64,000 bases of DNA from an uncultured Chitinophaga sp. (GCA_964577055.1 CAZNWC010000008.1:32673-96672); one strand, 5' to 3'. Shown: positions 20,422-29,567, counted from the first letter of the stretch. Notes: generated by a model from the sequence alone, not told the origin. Numbers and translations are program-made.

Positions 20422-20491
20422 TCAGCCAGTTGCAAAACAAATCCAAGGGTTGGATTGATATTAATATTACTACTAACCAGAGATTTGCGTT

Positions 20492-20818
20492 ATGAATGGA
20501 AATGCCGTGATTAAACTGCAGAACAGTATGGATCAGCTTGAGATGGAAGATTTGAAATTGGCTACGAAAATATTTCGTGCTATCAATCATCCACTGCGCA
20601 TCAACATCGTGCGTTTGATAGAAGAACATGGCCGCTTGTCGGTAACACAAATTTATTTCAAGTTGCGCATAGAGCAGTCAGTGGCCTCTCAGCATTTGGC
20701 CATTCTTCGCGACTGTGATGTGCTTACTTCGCATCGTGATGGCAAGAATATTTATTATGCCATTAATCCGTCGCGCTTAAATGCCATTTTACGCAGTATT
20801 GATACCCTCAAGGCCTGA
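20492..20818 (+). CDS. ArsR/SmtB family transcriptional regulator
   Basis: 'FRAINHPLRINI', 'EQSVASQHLAILR', 'RDGKNIYY'. Confidence 0.92.
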   Translation: MNGNAVIKLQNSMDQLEMEDLKLATKIFRAINHPLRINIVRLIEEHGRLSVTQIYFKLRIEQSVASQHLAILRDCDVLTSHRDGKNIYYAINPSRLNAILRSIDTLKA

Positions 20819-23336
20819 GGTTATTCACCACGATTTGGTGCACTTCACTCCCTTTGTTTCCCAGTAAATCGAAATACGCTACGCGTAAAAAGTAGCCTCC
20901 GGTGGGCAAGAGTGTTCCGCCTAGATGCCCGTCGAAAACCATTACTACGTTTCCTTCAATGAGCTGTTGCGGCATGAACTCACCGATGTATCGTCCCTCA
21001 ACACTCCACAGTGCTACCTGAACAAGCCGTGGGATAGCACTGCTGATGGTTACCTGTGCGTACTCTAGAAGGTGAGGATGCACTATTTGCCTTGATAAAT
21101 GAACCATGCTTGTGCTTGGTGGTGCAGAGATTTCTCGCGAATTCGGTGCTCCGGGAGTTCCCCGTCGATTGCCCTGACTACTTCCCCATCTGCTATGCCA
21201 ATGGCCATTTACTTTTTCGAGTGCACGACCGCGTGTTTCATGCAACATCGGATGGTGCAAACTATCATGGTAACTGGTGCTGGCCAAAACTTCGCCTTGT
21301 GCCGTTTCCACAGTTAGCCAACCCCCACCTGTTAATATGCCCGGGTTTGATGAGAACTGGCGTCGATGTCGTAGCGGAATTTCACCGAAATCTGCACGCA
21401 GCAGGGCAGTGTCTCTACAGAAAACGATAAAACTGCCGGGAGACCACGAATCGCCTTCCTGGCCAAGCACAACGCTCTGGAGCACTTGGCCCCATTCGTT
21501 GCGTTGCGAAAGCCACAATTTATGCAAAGCCCGCGCATGTGTTCCGGGCAGATACAATTCAAGGTATGGAGTACCACCAGGCATGGGGCGGAAATATATT
21601 TCACTGAAAACCGGTTTTGCTCCAAACATGTCAGATGGTGGATGCCATGTCCATTCGGGGCCTTCAACCAGTTGACCGCGACAATCGACCACCTCTACAC
21701 ACCGAATGACCATACTGTCGCTGGAGGTTGGCAAGGCAGGTCGTCGGCATTTCCAACTTTGCGCATAGCCCTTGCCCTGGAGGCTCCAAACCGAATCATT
21801 CAACCAAATATGGCCGCCACCCACGGCCGAAGAAAATTGCAGGATGAGCGTATCGTTTTCAAGTACACGGACGCTCATCAAAACGGGAGGGGGAAGAGCA
21901 GTTGATAGGCCTGCCACACTGTTTTGGGCTGCAGGAGTGCCCCCATCGGGGTGCAAGCTGCCCTTCCAATTGCTTTCATCGGCGCAAGGGCTCTCCCATT
22001 CGACACGTTCAAGGGTGTGTCCTCCCTCCATACGTGCAGGAGTGCCCAACCACCGGTTGCTGTAGTACAAACTGTCGCTAACCCTTCCGTCGGGGCCAAC
22101 AAGCCACACCCAATCTTCTTCGTTGTTCAAAGAAGGCCAGGTGGCAAGGCCAATACAAGCGCCAAAGGAAGACCAGCTTTGCATTGAGCCCAAGGGGACC
22201 AGCAATACAAATCCTCCTGCCGGAATGACGTGCTCAGGCAATGTGCTTACAGTTTGTCCATCACGCCATGACCAGTTTTTAAGCGAAATATCAAATGGCG
22301 AGCAGTTGATGAGTTCAACCATTTCTGATTCGGGCAAACCGACGGAAGGACTTGGGTCGGCCAATAGCTCATTGATTTTGACTTGACCTGGGAAAAAACG
22401 GTGATGCAGCAGTTGCAATACCGTGTCGAGTCGATTTCCAGCGGAATCTGTCAGGTTGATTTCAAATGCCAGCCATGCAGGATGCTGAAACGGGAACAGC
22501 CATTCGAGAAAGGCGGCGGAGTCGCCTTGTGGCATGGCCCTCAAAGGTGGCCCTTGACCTTGCAATTGGTAATTGGCTAAAATGGTAGCGTTTGGGCTGC
22601 CCAAAATTTTATTGAAGCGAAGCACGAGGCCTTGGTAGCCAACCAAGTGTGCTTGTGTGATCCGGGGTGCCAGTGTATCGGGCAGCGGACTGCCTGATGC
22701 TACAAAGTCATCGAAATAGAAATGGTTGGCACGGGTGCTTGAGTATACCATGCGAAGGCCAAAATATCGGCTTGAACCATGTTGGATGTCCAACACACTT
22801 CCTTCGGTTCGGTACTGTGTGCCATTGCCCGTGGTGTCGCTTTGCAGGCTCCACCAGCCGTAGGCATTGCGCTGTACCTTCACCCGCAAAACATTGTCTG
22901 ATTTGTTCAAAATGCCATCGGCCCCATCGATGATTTTGGTGCGTATAAGCCCTTGCTGGCGGTACAAGCTTACCTCATCGGTAGTGTTGCCAATGCGCAC
23001 AAAATAGCCTGCTAAGGCACTGTCTAACTCAGGCCGATCGCTGACCAAGTACACATCTACGTAATTGGCAGAAGAAGGGTTGAAAGCCAAACGCGTCCAC
23101 CATTCCCACGACGCTTCGTAAATGGCAGCACTTTGGGTTGCAATAAACGTGCGGTTTGAAGTGCTTGGGGCTTGCAATTGGAGTTGCGACAAGGCATTGA
23201 CCTGTACATGGGAGGTGTCGCCTTGCCAAGTGGGGTTACTGGCCAATTCACCATCGGCAAAATCATCTATGAATTGGGCAATGCTTGTTTGCCCTACACA
23301 GAGGCAAAGTGTGATTAAAAGACAAAGCGTTTTCAT
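20808..23336 (-). CDS. secreted lamin-tail domain (LTD) protein, probable T9SS cargo
   Basis: Signal peptide; LTD motifs 'INELLADP..E.VELIN', 'GGTPAAQNS', 'GTPGAPNS'; degenerate CTD-like end 'LPTGGYFL'. Confidence 0.75.
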   Translation of the reverse strand: MKTLCLLITLCLCVGQTSIAQFIDDFADGELASNPTWQGDTSHVQVNALSQLQLQAPSTSNRTFIATQSAAIYEASWEWWTRLAFNPSSANYVDVYLVSDRPELDSALAGYFVRIGNTTDEVSLYRQQGLIRTKIIDGADGILNKSDNVLRVKVQRNAYGWWSLQSDTTGNGTQYRTEGSVLDIQHGSSRYFGLRMVYSSTRANHFYFDDFVASGSPLPDTLAPRITQAHLVGYQGLVLRFNKILGSPNATILANYQLQGQGPPLRAMPQGDSAAFLEWLFPFQHPAWLAFEINLTDSAGNRLDTVLQLLHHRFFPGQVKINELLADPSPSVGLPESEMVELINCSPFDISLKNWSWRDGQTVSTLPEHVIPAGGFVLLVPLGSMQSWSSFGACIGLATWPSLNNEEDWVWLVGPDGRVSDSLYYSNRWLGTPARMEGGHTLERVEWESPCADESNWKGSLHPDGGTPAAQNSVAGLSTALPPPVLMSVRVLENDTLILQFSSAVGGGHIWLNDSVWSLQGKGYAQSWKCRRPALPTSSDSMVIRCVEVVDCRGQLVEGPEWTWHPPSDMFGAKPVFSEIYFRPMPGGTPYLELYLPGTHARALHKLWLSQRNEWGQVLQSVVLGQEGDSWSPGSFIVFCRDTALLRADFGEIPLRHRRQFSSNPGILTGGGWLTVETAQGEVLASTSYHDSLHHPMLHETRGRALEKVNGHWHSRWGSSQGNRRGTPGAPNSREISAPPSTSMVHLSRQIVHPHLLEYAQVTISSAIPRLVQVALWSVEGRYIGEFMPQQLIEGNVVMVFDGHLGGTLLPTGGYFLRVAYFDLLGNKGSEVHQIVVNNLRP

Positions 23337-23403
23337 CTTTCAAATAAGGCAAGGAAAAACATTAATTTTGGCGCAACTTTTATCTCAAATTCAGCATAAT
23401 TCT

Positions 23404-24393
23404 ATGAAAGTAGCGGTTGTAGGTGCCACTGGTATGGTGGGAGAGGTGATGCGCCAGGTGTTGGCCGAGCGCTCATTCCCGGTGACAACGTTTTTGCCGG
23501 TAGCCTCAGAAAAGTCAGTTGGACAAATGATTGACTTTAATGGCAAATCATATCCTGTGATTTCATTGGAGGATGCAGTTGCGGCAAGGCCCCATATTGC
23601 TCTGTTTTCGGCAGGTGGTAGTGTTTCGCTCGAATGGGCCCCCCGTTTTGCAGCCGTTGGTACAGTGGTAATCGACAACTCGTCGGCATGGCGCATGGAT
23701 CCCAACAAGCCGTTGGTGGTGCCTGAACTGAATGCCGACATCTTAACAGCAGCAGATAAAATCATTGCCAATCCGAACTGCAGCACCATTCAGTTGGTGG
23801 TTGCCCTCAACAAATTGCATGAGGTTTTTCGGGTACGTCGTGTGGTGGTAAGTACTTACCAAAGTGTAACAGGAACGGGTGTAAAGGCAGTTGCGCAGCT
23901 GATGAATGAACGGGCAGGACAAACCGGCCCTATGGCATACCAACATCCGATTGATTTGAATTGCCTACCGCAAATCGACGTTTTTCTTGACAATGGTTTC
24001 ACCAAAGAGGAAATGAAAATGACCAACGAAACGGTAAAAATCATGCGCGACCCCGGTATCAAACTCACAGCAACAACGGTGCGTGTGCCTGTAATGGGTG
24101 GTCATAGCGAGTCGGTGAATGTTGAGTTTGAACACGAATTTGAGATACAAGAGGTTTACAGGCTGCTCGCTGCTAGTCCAGGAGTTGTAGTGGTAGATCG
24201 CCCGGAGGCTGGGGAATACCCTATGCCAATCAACAGTGCCGGACGGGATGAGGTATTTGTGGGTAGGGTAAGAAGAGACGAATCGCAACCCAAAACATTG
24301 CACATGTGGGTGGTAGCCGACAACTTGCGCAAGGGAGCAGCTACAAATGCTGTTCAAATTGCCGAATACCTGCTTGCCAAAGGTTTGGTTTGA
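23404..24393 (+). CDS. asd: aspartate-semialdehyde dehydrogenase
   Basis: 'VAVVGATGMVG', 'DNSSAWRM', 'ANPNCST', 'DNLRKGAATNA'; start ATG 23404; TAATTTTG at 23363. Confidence 0.97.
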   Translation: MKVAVVGATGMVGEVMRQVLAERSFPVTTFLPVASEKSVGQMIDFNGKSYPVISLEDAVAARPHIALFSAGGSVSLEWAPRFAAVGTVVIDNSSAWRMDPNKPLVVPELNADILTAADKIIANPNCSTIQLVVALNKLHEVFRVRRVVVSTYQSVTGTGVKAVAQLMNERAGQTGPMAYQHPIDLNCLPQIDVFLDNGFTKEEMKMTNETVKIMRDPGIKLTATTVRVPVMGGHSESVNVEFEHEFEIQEVYRLLAASPGVVVVDRPEAGEYPMPINSAGRDEVFVGRVRRDESQPKTLHMWVVADNLRKGAATNAVQIAEYLLAKGLV

Positions 24394-24485
24394 TTGGTTG
24401 ATAAAACATAATGAAAAATCAAATTTGACTCGTATTTGATTCGCGAGTTAATTGCCAGCTCATTTGTTTTAAATCCAATCAAATA

Positions 24486-26840
24486 ATGCGCTCTTTTTTC
24501 CTGAAAATTTGGTGTCTTTTACTGCTCAGCGGAGGAATCATTCCGGCCTTCAGCCAAGTAAATCCAACAAATCGACAAATTGTTTTACAGGCTTTTTGGT
24601 GGGACTATTGGAACAGCAATTATCCCAATGGATGGGCAAATTACCTGGCAGAACTGGCCCCACGATTGAAAGAAATGGGCGTTGACGCCATTTGGATTCC
24701 ACCAACCATCAAGAACCAAGGCCAAAATGGCGTGGGCTATTCACCTTTCGACCATTACGATTTGGGGGATAAGTTCCAGAAAGGCTTTTTGAAAACACGT
24801 ATTGGTGACAAAGACGAATTGTTGCGCATGGTTGCAGTGATGAAAGCCAACGGAATTGATGTCATCCAAGATATTGTTTTCAACCACGTTGATGGTGCAG
24901 GCAGTAGCAATGGAGGTGGAGGACAAGATCCGGCTGCCATGGATGACGGCAGGACATCGCGTTACAAAAACTTCCGGTATGTGAGCTGGGTGACTCCCGC
25001 GGACAATGAAACACCTGCCAATTACCTTGCACGTTCAGGCAGATTTCACAAGAACTGGCAAAATTTCTATCCGAATCCAGGCAATGCATGTTGCTCAAAC
25101 GATATCAACTCGGTATGGTGGGGTCCTGACATAAGCTATGAGTCAAATGCCTTTGGCCAAAGCAGCAATGCGACATACAATCCCCTTCAAGGCAGCAATT
25201 ACATGCGCAATGAAATGCGCCGCTGGGTGATTTGGAACAAAAAGCAAATTGGCTGGGATGGAGTGCGTCTTGACGCAGTGAAACACTTTTCAACGGTTGT
25301 CACCGAAGATTTTCTGTGGAACATGCAGTTTGGCAGTCTTTGGGCCAATGGTGGGAATGATATGTTTGCTGTGGGTGAATGGGTAGGGGGCAGTGGAGAA
25401 CTCGATGCATGGGCCAATAATGTACAGAACAGGGCCAGTACCTTTGATTTTGCTTTGCGGAATGCGCTAACAGGCATTGTCAATGGGAATGGCAATTTTG
25501 ACATGGGCTCGGTGCCAAGCTTTCAGCAACAAAACAGGCAGCGCACAGTCCCCTTTGTGAACAATCACGATACTTTCAGGCCACAATTGAGTGCCAGCGG
25601 GAATTATACTGGATGGAATACAGGCTCACAATTGGGGCCTCATATTGAGCCCAACAATGTGCGATTGAGCGTTGTCTATGCCATCGTATTGGCGGTAGAT
25701 GGCGCTCCACAAGTGTTTTTCGAAGACTTGTTTAACATCGGATATTTGGGGAATCGCTTCAGTCACCGCCCCACGGTAGACAGTACCTTGCCGGTCCGCT
25801 CAGATATCGAAAACCTCATTTGGTGTCATCAGAACCTTCGTTTTAAGGAAGGGCCGTATTTAGTGCGTTGGCAAGCAGCCGATGCGCTGGTGATCGAAAG
25901 AGGTGGAAAAGCATTGGTAGCTGTTACCGATCATTGGACGAATTGGCAAAACCTGACAGGTGTGCAAACAAGTTGGCCCGACGGCACCGTTTTGGTAGAT
26001 TACAGCGGCGCCAACACTGGCACCCGCACGGTGTACGGCGGGGGGAAAGTCGATATCAGCATTCCTCCTTGCAATGGTACAGCTTTACAGGGAAGGAGGG
26101 GTTACAGTGTTTGGGGGCCACAAGGAATTACTGCCAATTACAGCCGGCCTGCAAAACGCATCACCCAAGAATGGGAAACGGATAATGACCTGGGCGATCG
26201 CCACGTAAGTAGCTTGCAACAGGGTGGAAGAACACCCAATAACAGCCTGGAATGCCGTGTGGTAGGCAGGGTGTTTGCCAAAGCAGGTGAACCCATCGAT
26301 ATCGAAGTATATCCTGGAGATACATTAAGATCCTTGACCATGGTTGTGCTGGATGCGAATTGCGATCCCTTGGATTCTGCTGCCGGTGCGGGTACCCTCA
26401 TCCGTACTTTCGTGCCAAGTCAATCGGGATGGTATACGATTCGTTTGCGCAATACAACTGGAGCACAACCCGGCCAAAAAGCATGGGTGAAGGTAACTTA
26501 TGAGGCGCCTGCTGTGGTACAAACCAATGTAACCAAGAACAAATGTGCGTGTACCACCACTACATTGCCTACTTCGGTAGATGAGGCACAAAAAGAAAAA
26601 TACTGGGTACTCTATCCCAATCCGGCCGACGATTATTTGGTGATTGAGACAGAAACGTCTTCGGTACAATGGCAAATGGCTCGGATACGAGATATACAAG
26701 GACGTGTATTGATGGAATTGCCTACCAATGAAGAGCATGGACGTTGGTCAATGGCTGTTTCTGGCTTGGCTACCGGTATGTATACCATAGAATTGGTACA
26801 TGCCCAAGGGTCGATTGTAGAGCGATTTATCAAGCGCTAA
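24486..26840 (+). CDS. secreted GH13 alpha-amylase-family enzyme with T9SS type A CTD
   Basis: GH13 regions 'DIVFNH', 'GVRLDAVKH', 'VGEW', 'FVNNHD'; CTD 'LYPNPADD...DIQGR...GMY...FIKR'. Confidence 0.9.
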   Translation: MRSFFLKIWCLLLLSGGIIPAFSQVNPTNRQIVLQAFWWDYWNSNYPNGWANYLAELAPRLKEMGVDAIWIPPTIKNQGQNGVGYSPFDHYDLGDKFQKGFLKTRIGDKDELLRMVAVMKANGIDVIQDIVFNHVDGAGSSNGGGGQDPAAMDDGRTSRYKNFRYVSWVTPADNETPANYLARSGRFHKNWQNFYPNPGNACCSNDINSVWWGPDISYESNAFGQSSNATYNPLQGSNYMRNEMRRWVIWNKKQIGWDGVRLDAVKHFSTVVTEDFLWNMQFGSLWANGGNDMFAVGEWVGGSGELDAWANNVQNRASTFDFALRNALTGIVNGNGNFDMGSVPSFQQQNRQRTVPFVNNHDTFRPQLSASGNYTGWNTGSQLGPHIEPNNVRLSVVYAIVLAVDGAPQVFFEDLFNIGYLGNRFSHRPTVDSTLPVRSDIENLIWCHQNLRFKEGPYLVRWQAADALVIERGGKALVAVTDHWTNWQNLTGVQTSWPDGTVLVDYSGANTGTRTVYGGGKVDISIPPCNGTALQGRRGYSVWGPQGITANYSRPAKRITQEWETDNDLGDRHVSSLQQGGRTPNNSLECRVVGRVFAKAGEPIDIEVYPGDTLRSLTMVVLDANCDPLDSAAGAGTLIRTFVPSQSGWYTIRLRNTTGAQPGQKAWVKVTYEAPAVVQTNVTKNKCACTTTTLPTSVDEAQKEKYWVLYPNPADDYLVIETETSSVQWQMARIRDIQGRVLMELPTNEEHGRWSMAVSGLATGMYTIELVHAQGSIVERFIKR

Positions 26841-26846
26841 CAGGCC

Positions 26847-27410
26847 GTGCCGAAACTGTTTTTTGTTTTGTTGGGCTGCATGCCTCCGGGTCGCAAAACC
26901 GAACAGCACGATGTGTTCGCTGGCATAGGTGAACAACTTCGTGACTTGCTTCCCGAGATGATCGCTTCTTGGCCTGAGGCCCAAGGACGGCTGCATATCG
27001 ATGCTTGGCGTGAGGTTTCATGCGTAAATGGATTTAAAGTCCATTGCATAGCTGCTGATGCCACGCTTCCTGCCAATGCCGCACCTCAAAAACTATGGTT
27101 CGTGAATTTGGGTGGTTACCAGCCAGGTATGTTCGAAGAGTTGCATGAAAAGATCTTGGTTGCAGCTGAAAGCCAAAGGGAAGCCATCCGCCAGGCAAAG
27201 CAGCACCCTTTCTTTCAAAACAATCAGGCTACAGCCGGAAAAATGCCCCATGTGGATGACCAATGGGCTTTTGACGTGGACGAACTAACGCCCTTAGATG
27301 CTTTGCTTCCGTTGAAAACCGGCCAATTGTGGAAAATTGTTTTGACCGAACAGCCCCATGCGCATGAAGATCGCTTGCACATTGGTTATGTGAAATTGAC
27401 GGCTCTGTAA
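26847..27410 (+). CDS. DUF1543 domain protein
   Basis: 'KLFFVLLG..P.GRKTEQHD', 'LHIDAW', 'LWFVNLGGY...EELH'. Confidence 0.75.
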   Translation: MPKLFFVLLGCMPPGRKTEQHDVFAGIGEQLRDLLPEMIASWPEAQGRLHIDAWREVSCVNGFKVHCIAADATLPANAAPQKLWFVNLGGYQPGMFEELHEKILVAAESQREAIRQAKQHPFFQNNQATAGKMPHVDDQWAFDVDELTPLDALLPLKTGQLWKIVLTEQPHAHEDRLHIGYVKLTAL

Positions 27411-27863
27411 TCAGGCAATAAGCCCAAATTGTCTAAAATGATAGGTAGTGTGCATGGCGATAAGGTTTTGAACGGCTTCAGCATCCATTTTGCCATATAA
27501 GGGATGGCGCACGGTTCCGTGTGCCTGAGCAGCTTTTTGGATAGTTGCTGTTAGTTGTTCCTTTTCGAGTTCAAAGTCCAGCACACGATCATTTCGTTGT
27601 TTGATTTCGGGTAGCGTTTGTAAGTTTTTGGGAAAACTCCATGGATTTCTTTTGCTGAAATAGCGATACATGTATTTTCCAAATAGTTTACCGATGATGC
27701 GTGTGGCGGTGCTGGTATTTTTTTCGCCTAACGACAACCGGATGAAGGAAGTGCAGTGGCGACACATTTGCGCGGCATTCATGGTGCCCCATAAAGGAAT
27801 GGTGGTCTCATTAAGTTCCTCCAAGATGTCAGGCAAACGAGATAGGGCTGGAGTTTGATGCAT
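27411..27863 (-). CDS. DUF1569/DinB-like protein
   Basis: 'PLWGTMNAAQMCRHC', 'HPLYGKM...HTTYHFRQFG'; start ATG 27863 assumed. Confidence 0.8.
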   Translation of the reverse strand: MHQTPALSRLPDILEELNETTIPLWGTMNAAQMCRHCTSFIRLSLGEKNTSTATRIIGKLFGKYMYRYFSKRNPWSFPKNLQTLPEIKQRNDRVLDFELEKEQLTATIQKAAQAHGTVRHPLYGKMDAEAVQNLIAMHTTYHFRQFGLIA

Positions 27864-27904
27864 AAGATTCAATTGGCAATATGAATTAACCAAATAATAG
27901 TGGC

Positions 27905-27943
27905 AAAAACAAAAAGGGCCATTTCGATTGCGAAATGGCCCTT
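27905..27943 (-). terminator. Rho-independent terminator after pfkB
   Basis: 13-bp stem AAGGGCCATTTCG/CGAAATGGCCCTT with A run on the left. Confidence 0.8.
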
Positions 27944-27959
27944 CATGAAGGACTTATCT

Positions 27960-28883
27960 TTAGTCAATAGCAATGTCAAATTGAACCAGATCAACAAAGA
28001 GTTGGATTCGGTTTTCCAGCTCCTCATGGGTAAGGCTTTCGAGTCGCTCGGAGCCAAATTTTTCTACGCAAAATGAAGCCATCGCAGATCCGTAAATGAT
28101 GGCCCGTTTCATGTTGCTGAAGGAGATGTCGCGGGTTCTGGCAAGATAACCAATGAACCCACCGGCAAAAGTGTCGCCCGCGCCTGTTGGGTCAAAAACA
28201 TCTTCCAAGGGGAGTGCGGGGGCATAAAAAACCTCGTGTTCGTTGAATAACAAGGCGCCATGCTCCCCTTTTTTGATGATCAGGTACTTGGGACCCATCG
28301 CGAGTATTTTTTTCGCTGCTTTTACCAGTGAATACTCGTTTGAAAGCATGCGTGCTTCTTCATCATTGATGGTGAGCACATCCACGCGCTTGATGGTTTC
28401 TTTGAGGTCGTCGAGGGCTACGGTCATCCAAAAGTTCATGGTGTCCATCACTACCAATTTTGGACGGCTTTCCAATCGGTTCATGACCTGTTGTTGCACC
28501 ATGGGGGTAAGGTTGCCCAACAGCAAGAATTCACAGTCTTGATAGCTGTTGGGAACGGCAGGATCAAAATCAGCCAATACATTCAGCTGGGTGTCGAGTG
28601 TATCACGGGTATTCATGTCCATGTGATACTTACCTGACCAAAAGAAGGACTTTTCTCCTTTTTTGATTTGCAGGCCCGTGGTATCGATGCTGCGGCTGTG
28701 AAAGAAATCGATTTTTTCTTGTGGAAAATCGTCGCCCACAACCGAGATGATTTTCACATTTGGTGTAAAAAAGGAAGCGGCAATGCCTGCGTAAGTGGCT
28801 GCTCCTCCGACAATTCTGTCGGTTTTGCCAAACGGGGTTTCAATGGCATCAAAGGCAACCGTTCCAACAACAACTAAACTCAT
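27960..28883 (-). CDS. PfkB family carbohydrate kinase
   Basis: 'VVVGTVAFD', 'GGAATY', 'DPTGAGDTFAGG'; start ATG 28883. Confidence 0.92.
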   Translation of the reverse strand: MSLVVVGTVAFDAIETPFGKTDRIVGGAATYAGIAASFFTPNVKIISVVGDDFPQEKIDFFHSRSIDTTGLQIKKGEKSFFWSGKYHMDMNTRDTLDTQLNVLADFDPAVPNSYQDCEFLLLGNLTPMVQQQVMNRLESRPKLVVMDTMNFWMTVALDDLKETIKRVDVLTINDEEARMLSNEYSLVKAAKKILAMGPKYLIIKKGEHGALLFNEHEVFYAPALPLEDVFDPTGAGDTFAGGFIGYLARTRDISFSNMKRAIIYGSAMASFCVEKFGSERLESLTHEELENRIQLFVDLVQFDIAID

Positions 28884-28974
28884 GTGATATTTTTTTTGAT
28901 TGATAGGGTGCAAATATTGCACAATTAATTTGAACCTGCTAATATTGCAGTCCCTTAGCGAAGGCAAGGGAAAT

Positions 28975-29048
28975 TCCTCGATAGCTCAGTTGGTTAGAGC
29001 ACTTGACTGTTAATCAGGGGGTCGTTGGTTCGAGCCCAACTCGGGGAG
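28975..29048 (+). tRNA. tRNA-Asn(GTT)
   Basis: Acceptor TCCTCGA/TCGGGGA, D arm AGCTCAGTTGGTTAGAGC, anticodon loop CTGTTAA, T arm GTTGG-TTCGAGC-CCAAC; CCA not encoded. Confidence 0.97.
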
Positions 29049-29049
29049 C

Positions 29050-29078
29050 AAAAGCCGCACGTAAGTGCGGCTTTTTTT
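29050..29078 (+). terminator. tRNA terminator
   Basis: AAAAGCCGCAC-GTAA-GTGCGGCTTTTTTT. Confidence 0.9.
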
Positions 29079-29104
29079 GTTCGTACAACGCTGCCACTGG
29101 GTAC

Positions 29105-29143
29105 TTGGTTCGACCCCGATAGCTATCGGGGCAAACGGGGAGC
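29105..29143 (+). repeat. degenerate tRNA 3'-half copy interrupted by an 18-bp perfect palindrome
   Basis: TTGGTTCGA[CCCCGATAGCTATCGGGG]CAAACGGGGAGC versus tRNA TTGGTTCGAGCCCAACTCGGGGAGC; palindrome at 29114-29131. Confidence 0.75.
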
Positions 29144-29144
29144 G

Positions 29145-29173
29145 AAAGGTTATCGAAAGGCAACCTTTTTTTT
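29145..29173 (+). terminator. second terminator after the tRNA fragment
   Basis: AAAGGTT-ATCGAAAGGC-AACCTTT followed by a T run, in the same position relative to the fragment as the first terminator is to the tRNA. Confidence 0.65.
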
Positions 29174-29185
29174 GTTTTCTGGACC

Positions 29186-29278
29186 ATGCGTCACCTTTAC
29201 GTCTTATACAGCGGGCCTGCCGATAAATATTGCATTTGTTACAGCGAAGATCCTTGGGGTCAATAGGAATGGCACTGC
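29186..29278 (+). pseudogene. GIY-YIG nuclease remnant
   Basis: MRHLYVLYSGPADKYCICYSEDPWGQ*EWHC fits the small GIY-YIG pattern Y-vLYS...DKYYIGYS.D...RL..HN; single-base changes explain YCIC (YYIG) and Q* (RL). Confidence 0.7.
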
Positions 29279-29318
29279 GCCCTTGCTATCAATCATCTGA
29301 GCGCATGTCTACAGGCAC

Positions 29319-29567
29319 CTAAATTAATCGGCCAATGGCTTTGAAACGCTCAAACACGCGTTCATTGTGTGGCGCATCGGGTAATTCTTCGGTTAAATCT
29401 TGCCCTGCCCAGTGTTCGTAATGTTTGCCATTGCGCCACAACCTGCTTTTGGTCAGGTCGTATATGACACCCTGGTGAGCCACCCAGATTTCATCGCGGT
29501 CTTGTCCGTTGCGCAAAGCGAGTTGTGAGCGGGTATAGGAGGGAAGTTGGGTATTTTCTACCGACAT
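29319..29567 (-). CDS. cytochrome b5-like heme/steroid-binding protein
   Basis: 'YTRSQLALRNG...IWVA..G.IYDLT.S.LW..GKH.EHWAGQDLT...APH'. Confidence 0.9.
   Translation of the reverse strand: MSVENTQLPSYTRSQLALRNGQDRDEIWVAHQGVIYDLTKSRLWRNGKHYEHWAGQDLTEELPDAPHNERVFERFKAIGRLI

Noticed and set aside
23122-23403. 94-aa N-terminal extension of Asd
   Set aside because: It overlaps the divergent LTD gene and a promoter element; Asd homology begins at ATG 23404.
29025-29300. 91-aa ORF in the ORF track
   Set aside because: It runs through the tRNA 3' end, two terminators and the palindrome; the meaningful frame is the GIY-YIG remnant from 29186.
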